From Okamejei kenojei (Eukaryota): a DNA stretch of 64,000 bases. The notes below the pieces were generated by a model. That model saw only the letters and a program-made list of their open reading frames with translations. It did no database searches and was not told where the DNA came from. The DNA is taken from positions 40,052,001 through 40,116,000 of the forward strand of contig CM069148.1 in assembly GCA_035221665.1 (NCBI GenBank). The letters run 5' to 3'. Made by a program: the position numbers and the translations under genes. Shown piece by piece: positions 1 through 13,921 of the stretch; position 1 is the first letter of the stretch, and every line of letters begins with the position of its first letter.

Positions 1-429
1 AGCCACTGACATAACGTGCAAAGGCTGTCTGTGAGGGCTAGTGTTGGGTGGGCTGGAGCGAGCAGTTTGGCTGTTCAGTGCTGAGATGTGGAACTCGGTG
101 AATTTGGGCCTTTGCTGACAGGGAGCACCTGATCTGTGTGTGGGCAGACCATCCGGGTTCCACAATCTCTCTCATCACAACCTGGTAGCTGCCATCTCTC
201 TCTATTTGCTTGCACACCCCAACAGCTGTGATTTCTCAGAGCTTAGAGATTTCTCTCTGGTAACAAACTCAACAGTGGCTGCTGACTGTTGGCCTTGAAC
301 CTTTGAGAATTCTCCAACAAATAGAATAGAAGAAGGTACATAGCTGTATATGTAGCTCTGAGTGAACTATCGGTGTATTCACCGGGATAAAATCAGTGTT
401 AAAAGTTTGGAGAGAGCCACATGTTTAAA

Positions 430-1430
430 ATGGATTCAGAAGAATATTTAGTATATACCATTAGGCAGTTCTGGACTATGGAGTGAATAGTGGAGAGCTG
501 TAATCAGCTATATGTTGTCTAGTTAAAGAAAAGATCAGTGTTGGACCAGGAGTAAAACTTCTAAGTGAGGAGATGTGCACTTTACTAAACAAAGTGTCCT
601 TTAGCAAGAATTGGCTGGAGTGAGGGATTTGAAGTAATTTTGTCATCAGCAGGAGATAGTCATGGAAGTGATAATAAATGTTCACGCCATACACATTCCC
701 ACAAAGCAAACAGTGGGATTTCCCTGTGTGTCAAGAGGGATGTTGGGTTGGATAAGTCAGAAAATTGCGTATGTTCATTAGCAAAAGCTCAGCAATGCAG
801 AAATGGAAGAAGAAGAAAGGTGTGAGAAAACAAAAACAAGGAAGACAAACCTGGAGGGTAAAATCAAACAAAACCAAAAGATGCTTTCATAAACCCAAAA
901 CACACGAAACATAATTAAGGAGAGAATAGGCCTATTAGAGACCAAAGCATTTGACATACTTTCCTTTATTGACTGGCAAAGAATGTAAAGATGTAATTAT
1001 GCTGGAATTATTTATGAAAATATTTGTTGGGACAGCTCGAGTTATCAAATAATGATAATAATAAGGAAATTGTGCGGGAGAGATGCAGAGGTGATTCATC
1101 GGGGTCAATTAAGAACTTCTTTAATAAGAAAATATTGCCTTGGACAGAAGGGTTGTTTTAATTGGTGTAAAACATGAAGCAGTTCAGGTCAGTAACCAGG
1201 AGAGAAGGAGAACAGTCCACCCTGTCTGCTGGCGATGTCACTTTCAGGAAACAATATACTATATTTCTAATTGTTTTGAAGTAATTTGGAGAATGATTCG
1301 AAGGGAAGTGATTTTTGTCATCCAGAGAATGACATGGAAAGGGGGTCTGATTTGAAATTTGTTGCCTAAGAACGGTTCTTTGATATTTGGATATGCTCTT
1401 TACACGTGTAACCAATGAGGCAATGAATTT
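430..1430 (+). mobile_element. Highly degraded CR1-type LINE ORF2/3' fragment
   Basis: Decayed CR1 RT C-terminal phrases: 999-1045 resembles MLELYKTLVRPQLEY, and 1081-1100 resembles MQRRF. No intact ORF; boundaries approximate. Confidence 0.4.
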
Positions 1431-3089
1431 GGGGCAGATTGTTTTGTCTTGAAAATTGAAAACCCCAGATGCTGGAAATCTGAAAGAAAAGCAAAATGCT
1501 GAAAGTACACAGCAGGGCAGGCTATACATCTGGAAGAGCAAAAGCGTTATAATTTCTGGTCATAGGCCCCTCATCAGACTATGGGGCGGATTTATGAACT
1601 ATTTCAGTGAAATAGTCAACCCACCGCTGAAATCTGTGCAGTGCCTCAGTACGTTAGCAGAAATATATATTATGACAGGTTTCTTTTACTAGAAGACATG
1701 GTGTGGCTGGACAAATAACTCAGTCCTTGAACACGGTAGATTATTTATTGTAAATTCTTCCAAATCGTGAGGCATTGATCCTGCCATATTGTGAAAGGAG
1801 AAGTAGTGTGAAGTGAATTCACATTATGAACCTGCTAGTGTTAGTTGGTCTCTTGATTGGAGAAGACAAAAACACTGAAATAGATTTCCTATTGGTTTCA
1901 ACATTGGAAGCAATAGAACTTTTATGTAACTGTTTTCCGTAGGTATCTGATTTTGACTTTAATAACAAACCATACATGAGGAATTGAAAGGGGAGATGTA
2001 TTTGTATTTATGCTGTGCTATGTTGGAGTGTTCAGTGTAAACAAATCTCATTCAAAAGGATGTGCATTGCTCAGTACCTAGACTAATAGTACTTAATGGA
2101 TTAGCTCAGAAGTTATCTCCGTGTGAAGTGGACTCATGCAGTTCATTATAACATGCTGTTGCTTTGTTTCTTGTCAAACAAACATAGTTTCATTATCAAA
2201 AGTAGAAGAATAAATCATACATTCATCTGAGCTTTGATTTTGCAAAGTGTGAAGCTATATATTTTTTGAATGCTTGATGCCAAAATTGTCGGAGTAAGAT
2301 TTCTCACGTGTATTACTTACATGCTGAGCTCTTTAGCCGCAGGAAGCAGGCAGAAGCTGCCGGTGGCTTATATAATCATCAAACTCATATGTTTAATCTT
2401 CTCATGCTACGAGGAATGGTTTGCACCCTTCAAAGTGGCATCTGGTATTATCGCATTATAAAATTCCAAATATCCAAACAAGCACCGTCTTGCATTGTTA
2501 CTTCTTGAAGTAATGCCTCAACAGTCTTTTACATAAAACATTTAACTCGGAAACAATTCATTTGAATTTGCTTTTTTTCCCCCTCCACTTCACCACTTCA
2601 GCAGTAGTTCTGATCGCATTTGCCCCATCCTTTTATATATCTCTTTTATCTTCAATCATCCACGTGTTGTGTGGTGCACATGCTGCCAGTACTTTTGTAT
2701 TTATTAGTGCAATAAACTAATTTGTACTATTAACTCTTCACAGCCAGTCAGTGTCAACGCCTTTCTACTTGCTATCTGTTTTATGCCGCTATTCATGAAC
2801 TTGCACTTACCCTCGTGTCATTGCAAATAAAATCCGATGAAGAATTGCTAGCATGATATTCAGCATGATAAGATAATAAAGGAACTAGTAATTCTGCCAG
2901 CATAAGGCTTATGAATAGCTGTGCTCCCTTTCTGTGTCTTGAAAAGCGCTAGAGGAAATAATGTTGCATGTAGTGTAGTCCACACTCCACACCTGGAGAG
3001 GCTATGAGTGAAAGTGCAGTCATTTCAGGCTGATACACAGGACACAGAAGCAAGAGTAAGCCTCTCGGCTACTCAAGACTGTCCCGCCA

Positions 3090-3300
3090 TTCAATATCAT
3101 CGTGGCTGTTCTCCTCTGATCTCAACTCCTCTTCTGTGTCAGTTCCTCGATCTTTCAAACCTTTGTCTATCTCCATCTAAATATATCCAATGTTCTACCC
3201 GCCATCATCCACAGAGGAAGAGATTTCCAGATATTCACTGCCCCCGAGAGAAGACATTTTGACGCACCTCCATTCTAAATGACCGATCCATTATTTTGTA
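3090..3300 (-). mobile_element. Old CR1 3'-end fragment
   Basis: Resembles, in degraded form, the CR1 3' end at 35800-36070 (gccattcaatatcatcgtggctg...agatttccagatattcact). Confidence 0.4.
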
Positions 3301-4009
3301 GTTATGTCACCTTGGCCATGACTCTCACTAATAGAAGTTGGGTGTCTGTCAATAGACACTTGTTGCTCCAGGCGATAAGAATTGCTGAGTAAAGTATAGT
3401 TGTGGTTTAGGATGGAGATCTGTGCTGTGGACTTTGGAGATGAGGTTAGAGGGTGAGATATGAACTTCCTCATGACTATAGTTTGCTGACTATTCGGATT
3501 GTCTGTTGCTGACTGGTCTATGTTTTAATTCCTTTTTAAAGGGAAAACGCATACCCTGTTTGTGAGTTCCATTGTAATCATTTTGAAGAAGTCCAAATTG
3601 TGCTAAAGAAGTGAGATGGATGATTCCATGTAAAATGATGAGTGGCAAACAGACAATGTATATGTGCTCCAGCTTTCTATTGTAGTGTGTACATGAGGAC
3701 AACAGAAGCTGGAAGGAAGTTGTGACGATGCAGTGGTAACCACCATGTAATTCCCTGCAACATGCAAAACAACTGATCAAAGCAAGCAGGTTACCCCAAT
3801 TCTAGCTAGATTTTGAAAAGGTGTTCTATGATACTTAATTTTCTTTAATATATCATGTCACTGAATCATGAAGTTCTTATTGAGAGCTACTGAATTACCA
3901 AATGCAGTGTGAATTGTAATTGATGAGGTGGGGGGTCACTTTCCTCACGTATGTTGGCTTGAGTTGATTATTTGCTCATTTATTGCTGGCTGTTTAGTCA
4001 GCGATCAGT

Positions 4010-5187
4010 TTCTGTATAGACTTCAGCTCTGCTTTTAACACAATCATTCCACAGCAGCTGGTGGAGAAGTTGGAGTTATTGGGGATTGATGCTGGCACAT
4101 GTAACTGGGTCTTGAACTTTCTATCACAACGCAGCAGACAGGGTGGGCAGTAGGACATCAAAAACCATAGCCGTGAGCACTGGCACACCCCAAGGCTGTG
4201 TCCTAAGCCCCCTGCTGTTCAGTCTGCTTACACACGACTGTACTGCTAGACTCAACAACAACTTCATCAACAAGTTCGCTGATGACACAACAGTGGTGGG
4301 TCTCATCAGTGACAATGATGAGTCGGCGTACAGGATGGAGGTGGAGCTGCTCACAGGATGGTGCAAATCCCACAACCTCATTCTCAACGTGGGAAAAATG
4401 AAGGAGATGGTGGTTGACTTCAGGAGGGCGGGAAAACAACGCCATACACCTCTGCATATCAATGGAGCTGATGTGGAAAGGGTCAGCAGTGTGAGGTTCC
4501 TAGGACTCCACCTGTCAGATGACTTGACGTCCACGACCAACACCACAGCATTGGTCAAGAGAGCCCAGCAGCGACTACACCCTCTTCGAAGACTACGGAA
4601 AGCAGGTCTCCCCATTGCACACCTACGAACTTTTTATAGGGGGACAATCGAGAGCACATTAACCTACGGCATCACCTCCTGGTTCGGGAGCTGCAAGGCG
4701 TACGAACGGCACCAACTGGACAGGATTGTGAAGACCGCCAGCAGGATTATTGGTGCTCCACTCCCATTATTGCTGGACATATACAGGAAGAGATGTATTA
4801 GCAGAGCCATCTCCATCATCAAAGACCCATACCACCCATCGCATCACATATTCTCCATCCTGCCATCTGGGAAGAGGTACAGGAGCATCAGCTGCAAAAC
4901 CAGCAGGATGCTCCTCAGCTTTTTCCCGCAGGCAATTAGACTGATAAACGGACTTTGCCCCCTGCCAAAGTATCGTGCACCAAACACCAACCTGGACACA
5001 CTGAAGCAGAGCCATTGTCGTGCCACTGCCAATCGGAACTCGTGATATATGCACTTTTATTCTTTATTTCTATTTATTTTTTACCACACACTGAATGGAC
5101 ACTGGTTGAGAAACGCTTTTTCGTTTTCCTCTGGGTATGTAAATACTCAGAAAAATGATAATAAAGATATACAATACAATACAATAC
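4010..5187 (+). mobile_element. 5'-truncated Rex1/Babar-type non-LTR retrotransposon (RT C-terminal half)
   Basis: From ~4010 it reads [19 protein letters not shown]...CNWVLNFL, then a frameshift into ORF 4143-5045 with GTPQGCVLSPLLFSL, KFADDT and NTTALVKRAQQRLHPLRRL. AATAAA at 5160-5165 and a (TACAA)n tail at 5170-5187. Confidence 0.88.
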
Positions 5188-5204
5188 TTGTGACCTCGTT
5201 GCAG

Positions 5205-5333
5205 GTGTTCCTGTGGATTATGCAGTCTATGGTGATGTGCACTTGGCAGCAGTTATGCTGAAGACTTTTCTTCGTGAATTACCTGAACCTCTGCTGACCT
5301 ATGAGCTGTATGAACAAGTGGTTTCATTTGGGG
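5205..5333 (+). CDS. ARHGAP1: ARHGAP1-type RhoGAP, antepenultimate coding exon
   Basis: ttgcAG|...|GTaagt boundaries, phase 1-1. Encodes (G)[42 protein letters not shown] with the RhoGAP [13 protein letters not shown] motif. Confidence 0.92.
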
Positions 5334-5911
5334 GTAAGTTGTATTCTTCAGTCAACATTTTGGATTAGGTTCTTTATTACATCTTGCTCCTATTGAATTG
5401 GAATCTCTCAAAATCTTCATTGTCTTGCAAAATCTGATAAACTTCCATTTAAAGGATTCCCAATTGTAATCACAGCAATGGAAAGAATTACTTTGTTCTC
5501 TGGTTAGATTTAATTTCAGAGATTGCTCCTGATTTAATCTTATGAAGCAACATCACGACCCACAGATTGTCACCTGGTGATCCATAGTTTTGGCCTTGTT
5601 CCCTCCCTCTGAAAACACCTCCATTCCACCTTCTGGAAGTGAAGAAGAGTGAGAGGTTTTTGAAATATAATGCTCCTAAATACCTTTCTGTGGTCAGCAT
5701 CAGCAAACGTCTCTAAAGCCCCAGCTAAATGAATTTCCATACTGCCATTGGGAATACAGTTATGGCCTTGATTTGGCTGTTTGTATCCAGTCCCATCACA
5801 GCAATTGGGAAAATGCTTTAATTTTCGACAACTGAAATCCTGTGCAGTCTGTGATTAGGTTGTGGTCATCTTTTGTTTCGTGTAACCTTTTTCCTTTCCC
5901 TGATTTTTCAG

Positions 5912-6015
5912 GAGTGCCAAAAAATAAACAAGCAGAAACCATGGCTCAGATGATTCAGACCCTGCCTGCAGATAACTATACGGTGCTGCAATACTTGCTG
6001 ATCTTCTTGCACATG
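5912..6015 (+). CDS. ARHGAP1: ARHGAP1-type RhoGAP, penultimate coding exon
   Basis: tttttcAG|...|GTgagt, phase 1-0, in frame with the previous exon. Encodes (G)VPKNKQAETMAQMIQTLPADNYTVLQYLLIFLHM. Confidence 0.92.
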
Positions 6016-6769
6016 GTGAGTTGGTGGCCTTGCCGTCTCGCTTCCATTCCTGTTTGAGTGCGTGCGTGTGCGTGTTGAGACAAACACAGGTGAAATCAGC
6101 CCACATGCTCTACGTATATACGACTGTGCACGTATGCACAATCTTGCCAGTCTCTCTTCCTCAGCCCTCTCCCTAATCCCATTCTCCCTACTGCTGTCTC
6201 CTCAATCCCCTTCCCCCTCAGCTGCCTGTCACTGCACGCTAAATAGTGTACACAGGCGTTACAAATGTTATTCTCATTCACCAATCGCTCACCCCCTACA
6301 CACTCTTCATGTTGTCAGAAATAGTTGAGAAGCTAAGCAATGTCATTGTTGAAAATATTTAACAATTGAGCCTTGGAGTATTGAACTTTGGAAGCTTAAA
6401 GTTAATGTGGAAACAGGCATTACATTCCAGATGCTGTTTTGTGTTTAACATCTTTAATTACATTCTAATTATATTAAATGTATTCAATATTTACCTGCAA
6501 CTTGGTACTGGTTTCAAGATATGCTGTTTAGTCTTCTGAGAGAAGAGGGATTTTGTTGTGACCTATTCAACCCATTCACACTTACACCTAAATTATTCCC
6601 TGCAATCTCCAAATCTTCATCAGAATGTGGTATATGTAATCATTTTCTAAGAACACAGGCACAGTGAAACTTTGATAGCACATTTAGAAACAGTTTTAGC
6701 TACCTGTATTTGACACTTTGTGTCTTAAAAAGTATACTTCCTGAACTCTACCCAGCTCTGTCAAAGACA

Positions 6770-7005
6770 GCAAGAAATTGCAGGAGTTGTAGATGGAGCC
6801 CATTACACAGACCAGACTCCCCACCATTGTCTCCTCCTAAACTTCACGGTGCCTCGGAAAAGCAGCCAACATAATCAAAGACTTTTCTGCCCCAGTCATT
6901 CCTCCTTCTCCCTTCTCCCGTCTGGCTGAAGGTGCAGAGCTGGAAAGCGCGCACCATTAGATTCTGGAACAGCTTCTCCCCCTCCGATATCAGGCTTCTG
7001 AATTG
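6770..7005 (+). mobile_element. Degraded 3' fragment of a Rex1/L2-like LINE
   Basis: aagcagccaacataatcaaagac...aacagcttctcccc...atcaggcttctgaa parallels the 3' coding end of the 4010-5187 element (AISIIKDP...SFFPQAIRL). Confidence 0.55.
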
Positions 7006-8239
7006 AAGGGAAAGAAAGATTGTTTTGTAAGCATACAGATGATATACTTATTCACAGACAATGGTTCTAGATACACAGATCACTATCGGTAGTGATGCAG
7101 GTTAACAAGGCCATTGGAAAGAGTCAACTCAGCACTACGGTTCATTTTTAAATGGGGAAAGTAGAGAAATTGTGTGAATTTGCATTGGAGACAGTGCTGT
7201 TTGCTAAATTATAAAGTAGATATTTAGGCACTATGCCAAAAGATTGAGATAATGTACACTAGCGCGGCAATTGGAAAAGATGACCGACGGACCTATAAAA
7301 TTATGAAAAATAGTGTTGGGGTGTGGACAAAGGGAAGATCAAAACGTGATTTCATAAATTGATGATTATAATTGACTACCCACAATGGATTTTATAGTCT
7401 TGAGCTAAGTGAAAGTTAGTGGAAATATACTTTTACAGTACATATGACTGCCATTATGCATGGCAGTCTCGCATAACTGCAATGTGCTGATGCCCATGTA
7501 CTCTGGTGTAATAATGGTGGGATTATTATTGGTCTAGTGTTCAAACAGCACTTTGACGTGTACTGGAAGACCTGTGAGGATTAGGGTGACGAACGCATTG
7601 CTGGGAAGCTCTCTTTCAAGCGGTGCGGATGTGGCTAAATGTTCTCTTTCTGTATTGTAATATTTCCCTGCGCTCCCCTACATCCTTCAAAGCTCCCGAT
7701 GTTCCCAGGAGGAAGTTAGGGATCAGAATGGGGGCACGGAAGGATTTGAACTTGAGCATAACAGCTTCTAATTCATGCATGACTGCTGTGCCTGAGCTAT
7801 TAAATAAATGAGACAGTATGTGTGAGGACACAGACGCATGGATGGGGTTTGGAGCTGAGCAGTGTTGTATTGTTAATTGTTTTGAGTGTTGTGTATTAAT
7901 CTTCTTTCCTTCAGTCAATAAATCCAGTGGGTGAAAAGTTCCCCTCCATTACTAATTACTATGAGTTCTGGTTTTAAGGGGAGTAATAATCCCTTGCTGT
8001 CCAGTCATTGTCAGTGGCCTTTGTTTCAAATAAAACATCTCCAAGCTTGTTTCTGAGCCATAATTTGGCAGCATTCTCACAAGTACGATCTGATTTAATG
8101 CCTACCTGGTACCAAAGTCTTAATGTGAATGCAGTTACAATGTCTGAAACTGCAGAGTTTACTCGGTTTAAGGAGTAAAGTCCCTCCCAGATGCCTGGTT
8201 TATTAACATAATTGCATTGTGTTTCCTCTCTGCTTCTAG

Positions 8240-8413
8240 GTTGCTGACAACAGTGAACTGAATAAAATGACGCCCAGCAACCTGGCTCTTGTGTTTGGGC
8301 CCACACTCATGTGGGCAAAGGATGCCGCAATTTCACTCAGTGCCATCAACCCCATTAATTACTTTGCTCAATCACTTTTGTTAAATTCTAATGAGATTTT
8401 CTGCCAAATGTGA
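8240..8413 (+). CDS. ARHGAP1: ARHGAP1-type RhoGAP, last coding exon
   Basis: cttctAG| then VADNSELNKMTPSNLALVFGPTLMWAKDAAISLSAINPINYFAQSLLLNSNEIFCQM*, TGA at 8411-8413. NKMxxxNLAxVFGP is the RhoGAP motif. WAKDAAI-L-AINPIN matches ARHGAP1 as I recall it, not ARHGAP8. Confidence 0.92.
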   Translation, partial: VADNSELNKMTPSNLALVFGPTLMWAKDAAISLSAINPINYFAQSLLLNSNEIFCQM

Positions 8414-11404
8414 CAATGTCTTAAACCACTGGAGTCAAATCAGGCGTCTCTCGCTCTCTCTCTAAATGTTTGTGACAATGTACCTGTGTGCAGCACCGCA
8501 CAGGAGATAAATTAAAGGTGCACCCTTTCAGTCAGGGTGGGGGATTGCATGTCTTTACACGGCTTTGAGTGGAGTGTGTGTGCAGTATAAATCTCCGTGA
8601 ACCCGGGGCTGGATTCCCTGGTTGTTGTCATTCATTTGTATACCCAAGAATCAGGAGTGCAGTTGGAGTGCTTGAAGCGTTTTCTTTCCATTGTACGCGT
8701 GCTTGACTTCTACTGTTTTAAATTTTGTACGTTTCTCTTTCCCACTCGCCTCAGTAGTTTCTAAACTTTTAAAAGAATTTTTGAAAAATAATGGAATATT
8801 TATAACTAATTTCTATTGTTGGGATATTTCTATGCTGATCGCTTTGAAACCAATCAAACCAACCAATACATGTTTGTGTAGAATGTACACTTGCTTTTGT
8901 ATATGCTGGGCAATGTTGCTGTCCCACTCTTAAACATTCTTGATTCCTTTGTGTGACCAAAATATTTTCTGCAACTATTTTGTGATGGTGCAGCGTTGAG
9001 AGTTTGAAAAAAAAGGTTTCTTTTGCTTTTTGATTCTCTTTGATTCAGGGAGAGGCCAATCTATTCCTTAAACTAGATTTTAAATATCATTTTGTTTTGA
9101 AATGCACTCTGACTTAGTAAAAATAGATGAATAGAAATAGTTCAAATGAAAATGCCAATGTCAAAAGAGTTTGCTTGAACAATGCTGAAAATCTTAATAT
9201 TGTGCTGCATTTTCATTGGTTTTAATTGTTTTTACTTCAGTGTTTTGTTATATCTAAAGAGGAAGTCTGTCCATCACCTTTCCATCATGATGGGATCTGG
9301 CTTGACCAGAGCAGGTGAGATGAGCAAAAGGGATATTTCAGTGGCATATGTTTTTATCTGTGGTATTAAACTCTGCAGTCAAGTCTGGAGATTTGTTTCT
9401 AAAAATGGCCTGAATTGTACCCAATCTGGCACTCCAGAATAAACATGATATTTATATAATTCCCCCCCCATTTGAAAGGTTAGAATCTTGCTATGTGCAT
9501 TAATTGTAAGTGATTATTGTATGTAACACTGATTGCACTCCCTCAATGATACTGTACTACAGATGTGAAATTACTGGGAATACATGTTTTTGCTATTCTG
9601 TCTTTGGTGTTCATTGTTTCGAAAAAGGAAAACAATATTATTGTCGTTAATAGACCTTTGATAGTGAACATCTTTAAATATTGTGGATTTATTGGCTTTC
9701 ATTTCAGGCCCAATTAGTAAATTGTTGTTCTTAATACAAATTAATTCAAAGTATGTAACACAGTATTTTATTCAGGAAAGCATTTCTCAAATGTAATATT
9801 AATTGGCTGCTTTTAAAATAATTTTTATTCATGGAAACCATTTAACTAATAATTGGCCTTTTTATGCCATATGGCAAATTAATCAATGCAGGAAATCACA
9901 AATCTTGCAGTCAACGTATTTGTAAAATATTAAGGGGAGAGAGAAGTACTGTGTCATAAGCTCATAGCTTCACAAGGTAGGACTTGGGAACTAAGGTGCT
10001 CCTCGAGCAGAGGAGAAATTTAGGCGCTCATTTTTTAAAGGAAATCTCAATGTCTAATGGTGTAGATTTAATGCCTCCATACTATCAATATTACATGACT
10101 ATCATTGTTCTTTTTTGTTGATGGGCTGAATTTTTGTTGTGGTGCATTTCTAATTAACATATCAGTAACAGTGGGATCTATTGACTTCTTCCAGTCCCCC
10201 ATGTCCTTTGTGATATTTGCTCGTGGAATCAGTGCAGTCAAGTGGAAATTGTTCATGTTGGTTTGGACAATGAATTGTGGTTGACTATTGGTATAAGGTG
10301 GCATCATAGTCTTCTAGATAATCAAGTATGTTCCCAGCAAAGGTTGACAGCCTGTGCTTTAAAGTGGGAAGCTGGTAGCTTCTCCCATCCGCCCCACTGG
10401 TGAAATTAGACATTTACAAATAATAGTTAAAACACTTAGTTGTATGGAAGTCTGAATATATTTTGTTTCATTTCACTTAAATGTTATTACCCGACTGATT
10501 CATGTTCTGAATTTGATCCAGATTTAAATGAGCCACTTTGCATAATGAGCAAACAATTCCTATATGCCTGGATTAGTAATGTTCCATGCCGAAGCATCTA
10601 ATGATAGGGGTGGAAGCTCCACATTATCATCAAATATTGCCATCTTCCGCAGGTATAGGCTAGCATATGTGGTGAAAAGGGAAATGGAGCATTTATCAGA
10701 AGTGTTGCATGAGCTGATAAATTGGAAGTGTAGGATTGAGCAAACAGCAAATTTACTTAGAAAACTATTTAGATAAAAATAAACTAACCTACACTGACTT
10801 CCAATAAAAACAATGCATTATGTGATGCCAATCTCGTCTACAACACTGGGGCAACAAAGTTGGTGAATCAAAGTTACCTGGCTATATTAAACTTTGTGCT
10901 TTCAAAAAGAATGTTGTACCTGATGTCTCACCTTTGAGTGGAAGTTATTTTCGTTTTGCTTTGTATGATTGTTTAGTTTGTGAAATAAGGTGCTTGCATT
11001 ATTCTAGGAGCATGGTGTTAGTGATGCTCAAGTTTTCTCACGTTATCCAGTGCTCTGCTTTTGTAACTAGTTGTTTACTCCGTGAGACATCTTTATCAGG
11101 GATGTCAATTGCCAATAAATGAAATAGATTCTTCCTTTCTGAGGCTTTGCCATGCGTAAGACAATCATCTTTGAGATAAATTCCAATTAATCCTAATTGC
11201 CACCAAACATTCCCATAATAGAAAAGTACATGCACGGAATGGCCTGAAACATTTTAATACCATTAGTGCAACCATGCTGGGACAGAGTCTCTACAGATTT
11301 CATTGTGATCTAGCTCATACCTGTATTTGGTTCATTCTACTTTAGAGAATTTGCAGTTTGATGTTGTGTTGTCCTTATTTTGCAAAACTGGAGTCATTTG
11401 TCTC

Positions 11405-11503
11405 TGAAGGAAAGACACAAAATGCTGGAGTAACTCAGCAGGTCATCCAGCATCCCTGGAGAACATTTATAGGTGATGTTTCGGATCACGACCCATCATC
11501 AGA
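11405..11503 (-). mobile_element. Penelope-derived short repeat (degenerate hammerhead motif on - strand)
   Basis: acacaaaatgctggagtaactcagcaggtca...gatgtttcggatcacgacccatcatcaga, the same family as 29435-29638. Confidence 0.65.
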
Positions 11504-12903
11504 AGGAAGTCAATTGATTGACGTGTCGATGCTGGAGATTCAGAAACATTCTTTGATGGATGGATGAATGGATTGTTTATACTTTTGCAGCTGGCAGTAC
11601 AAGTGAGGAAATGAACTGCAAATGGGGGTGACTGGAATAATGGAGAGAGAATGTTCTTTCTGATGGAGTGGGTGCAACACGGCTGTAGGGATCTTGTAAA
11701 GAAACTTCTTCCCTAATGGACCATATGGATTGACAATCAGTCACTGGGAAAGTCCTAACCTATCATAAACAACCAGGTTATTCACAAGATTGCTTGTGTA
11801 TATGGACATTCATGGCCCCAAGTGGTGGAGAATGGCAACATGAAAGAAAGCATATTTAGGCAATGTTTATCCTTCAGACACATGCTTCCATTATAATTGC
11901 ATGGTCATGTGAATCAGGGACCTGAGGTGAGATCTGCTTTTGATGAAGAAAATGACCGTGATTAATGTTTATACAACTGACGTAGCCATGAGTCATTCAA
12001 CTCAAACTCTGACCAAATAAAAACTTTTAGGAAAGGTGTAAGCAGAATCCAAAGTTCTAAGGACAATAGTGTGGAGAGTGGGCACTCATGTGACAGCTCC
12101 TTTCCATTTGCAGCACTGTAAATACCAGTGATGCAGGGAAAATCGTTTTGTACCACATTAGAGGCGAGTATGCAGTGGGTTTGGGTCCATTTTAAATTAA
12201 CCCACGATCTTCAATTTTAGCTTTCCACTTTATAACATATTCATTCTGTAATTTCTCCATCCTATTGAGATATATTTGTGTCTTTGGACATTTACATCTA
12301 TTACTTTATACAGGTTTATCATCAGTGATGGAAACATTATTACAATTTTGTAGCAGGAGTATATCACATCTGACAGTTATTTTAATGAACAGGATGATTA
12401 ATCCTGCTTTCATATGTAATATTTTGCTCATACTGCTTTTAAATGTGTTAGTAAAAAAAGAACTTGTATTGTTTCCTGTGTACCTCCTCTCCTCCCGTCA
12501 ACACTGCTAGTGCCTATTCATCACCTACAATTTGTGGGTGGATGTTAATGTGAGAATTTTAAAAAGTAAAGTGGAAAAGTCATAACTTTTTTTTGTATAT
12601 AATCTGATTCCCCATTTTATCCTCATAAATTACCTAGCTTTTCTTGCCATTGACAATTTTAATGTATTTTTTGGTAATGTTTAAAGTTGTAACAGGTTAT
12701 TTTTCAGTCATTCCTAAATATTGTCAATCTGTCAGGGCAGGAACTGATCAAATCAAAATTCATAAAATGCAACACCCCTTTTCAAAGCAATATTATTAAA
12801 TTGAAATAATTCAGTCTCTTGAGATTTAATGCACACCAATGACTATCGCAAGAAAATTAGATAAAGGATGCTGTTTTTAGATGCTCAGAAAAACTGCTAG
12901 GCA

Positions 12904-13766
12904 CAGTGCCCTCCATAATGTTTCGTACAAAGACCCATCATTTATTTATTTGCCTCTGCAATCCACAATTTGAAATTTGTAATAGAAAAAAAAATCACAT
13001 GTGGTTAAAGTGCACATTGTCAGATTTTAATAAAGGCAATTTTTATATATTTTGGTTTCACCATGTAGAAATGAAGCAGTGTTTATACATAGTCCCCCCA
13101 TTTCAGAGCACCATGATGTTTGGGACAGCAATGTCATGTAAATGAAAGTAGTTATGTTTAGTATTGTGTTGCATATCCTTTACATGTAATGACTGCTTGC
13201 AGTCTGCGATTCATGGACATCACCAGTTGCTGGGTCTCTTCTCTGTGATTTTCTCCACGTGATGCATCCATCTTAAGCGTATGCTTGTTTTGGCAGCTAG
13301 ACCCCTTCAGTTTTCTCTTCAGCATATAAAAGGCATGCTCAATTGGGTTCAGATCTGGTGATTGACTTGGCCACTCAAGAATTGACCATTTTTTAGCTTT
13401 GAAAAACTCCTTTGTTGCTTTAGCAGTGTCTTTGGGATCATTGTCATGCTGTCGAATGAACCGCCAGCCATGAGTTTTGAGGCATTTGTTTGAGCAGATA
13501 GGATGTGTCTACACTTCAGAATTCATTATGCTACTACCATCAGCAGTTGTATCATCAATGAAGATAAGTGAGCCCGTACCTTCAGCAGCCATACATGCCC
13601 AGGCTATAACACCCCCACCATAATGTATAAAAATTGCCTTTATTAAAAAATCTGACAATGTGCACTTTAAGCACATGTGATTTTTTTTTACAAATCTCAA
13701 ATTGTGGAGTACAGAGGCAAATAAATAAATGATTGGTCTTTGTCCCAAACATTATGGAGGGCACTG
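12904..13766 (-). mobile_element. Internally deleted Tc1 (DD34E) DNA transposon, IR/DR-type ends
   Basis: TIRs of ~145 bp (cagtgccctccataatgttt... and ...aaacattatggagggcactg). The minus strand encodes GGGVIAWACMAAEGTGSLIFID and [39 protein letters not shown], with 34 residues between D and E. Confidence 0.9.
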
Positions 13767-13921
13767 TGGAGCTACGTAGCTTTCTTATTTTGCTTGTATT
13801 GAATGAGCTAGGTTTTTTTTTAAACCTCATTGACAGAAAATGACAATTCGTTCCAACCATATTATTGAGGTATTGTGTGGAACCGTGGGGATTGGTAGTC
13901 TGCCTTGCTTTCGGCCACTTC

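Noticed and set aside
2270-2508. Upstream ARHGAP1 exon (EGIFR arginine-finger exon)
   Set aside because: No RhoGAP motif in any frame; that exon probably lies before the window.
4143-5045. Host gene or domesticated RT (300-aa ORF)
   Set aside because: 5'-truncated, frameshifted upstream and followed by a LINE-type tail, so an ordinary young LINE copy.
5205-8413. ARHGAP8 (and PHF21B), suggested by human synteny
   Set aside because: The peptides WAKDAAISLSAINPIN, GRPPKY AT-hook, ANEDQWLK and KCMETKNTLLARQK match the ARHGAP1 and PHF21A paralogues as I recall them.
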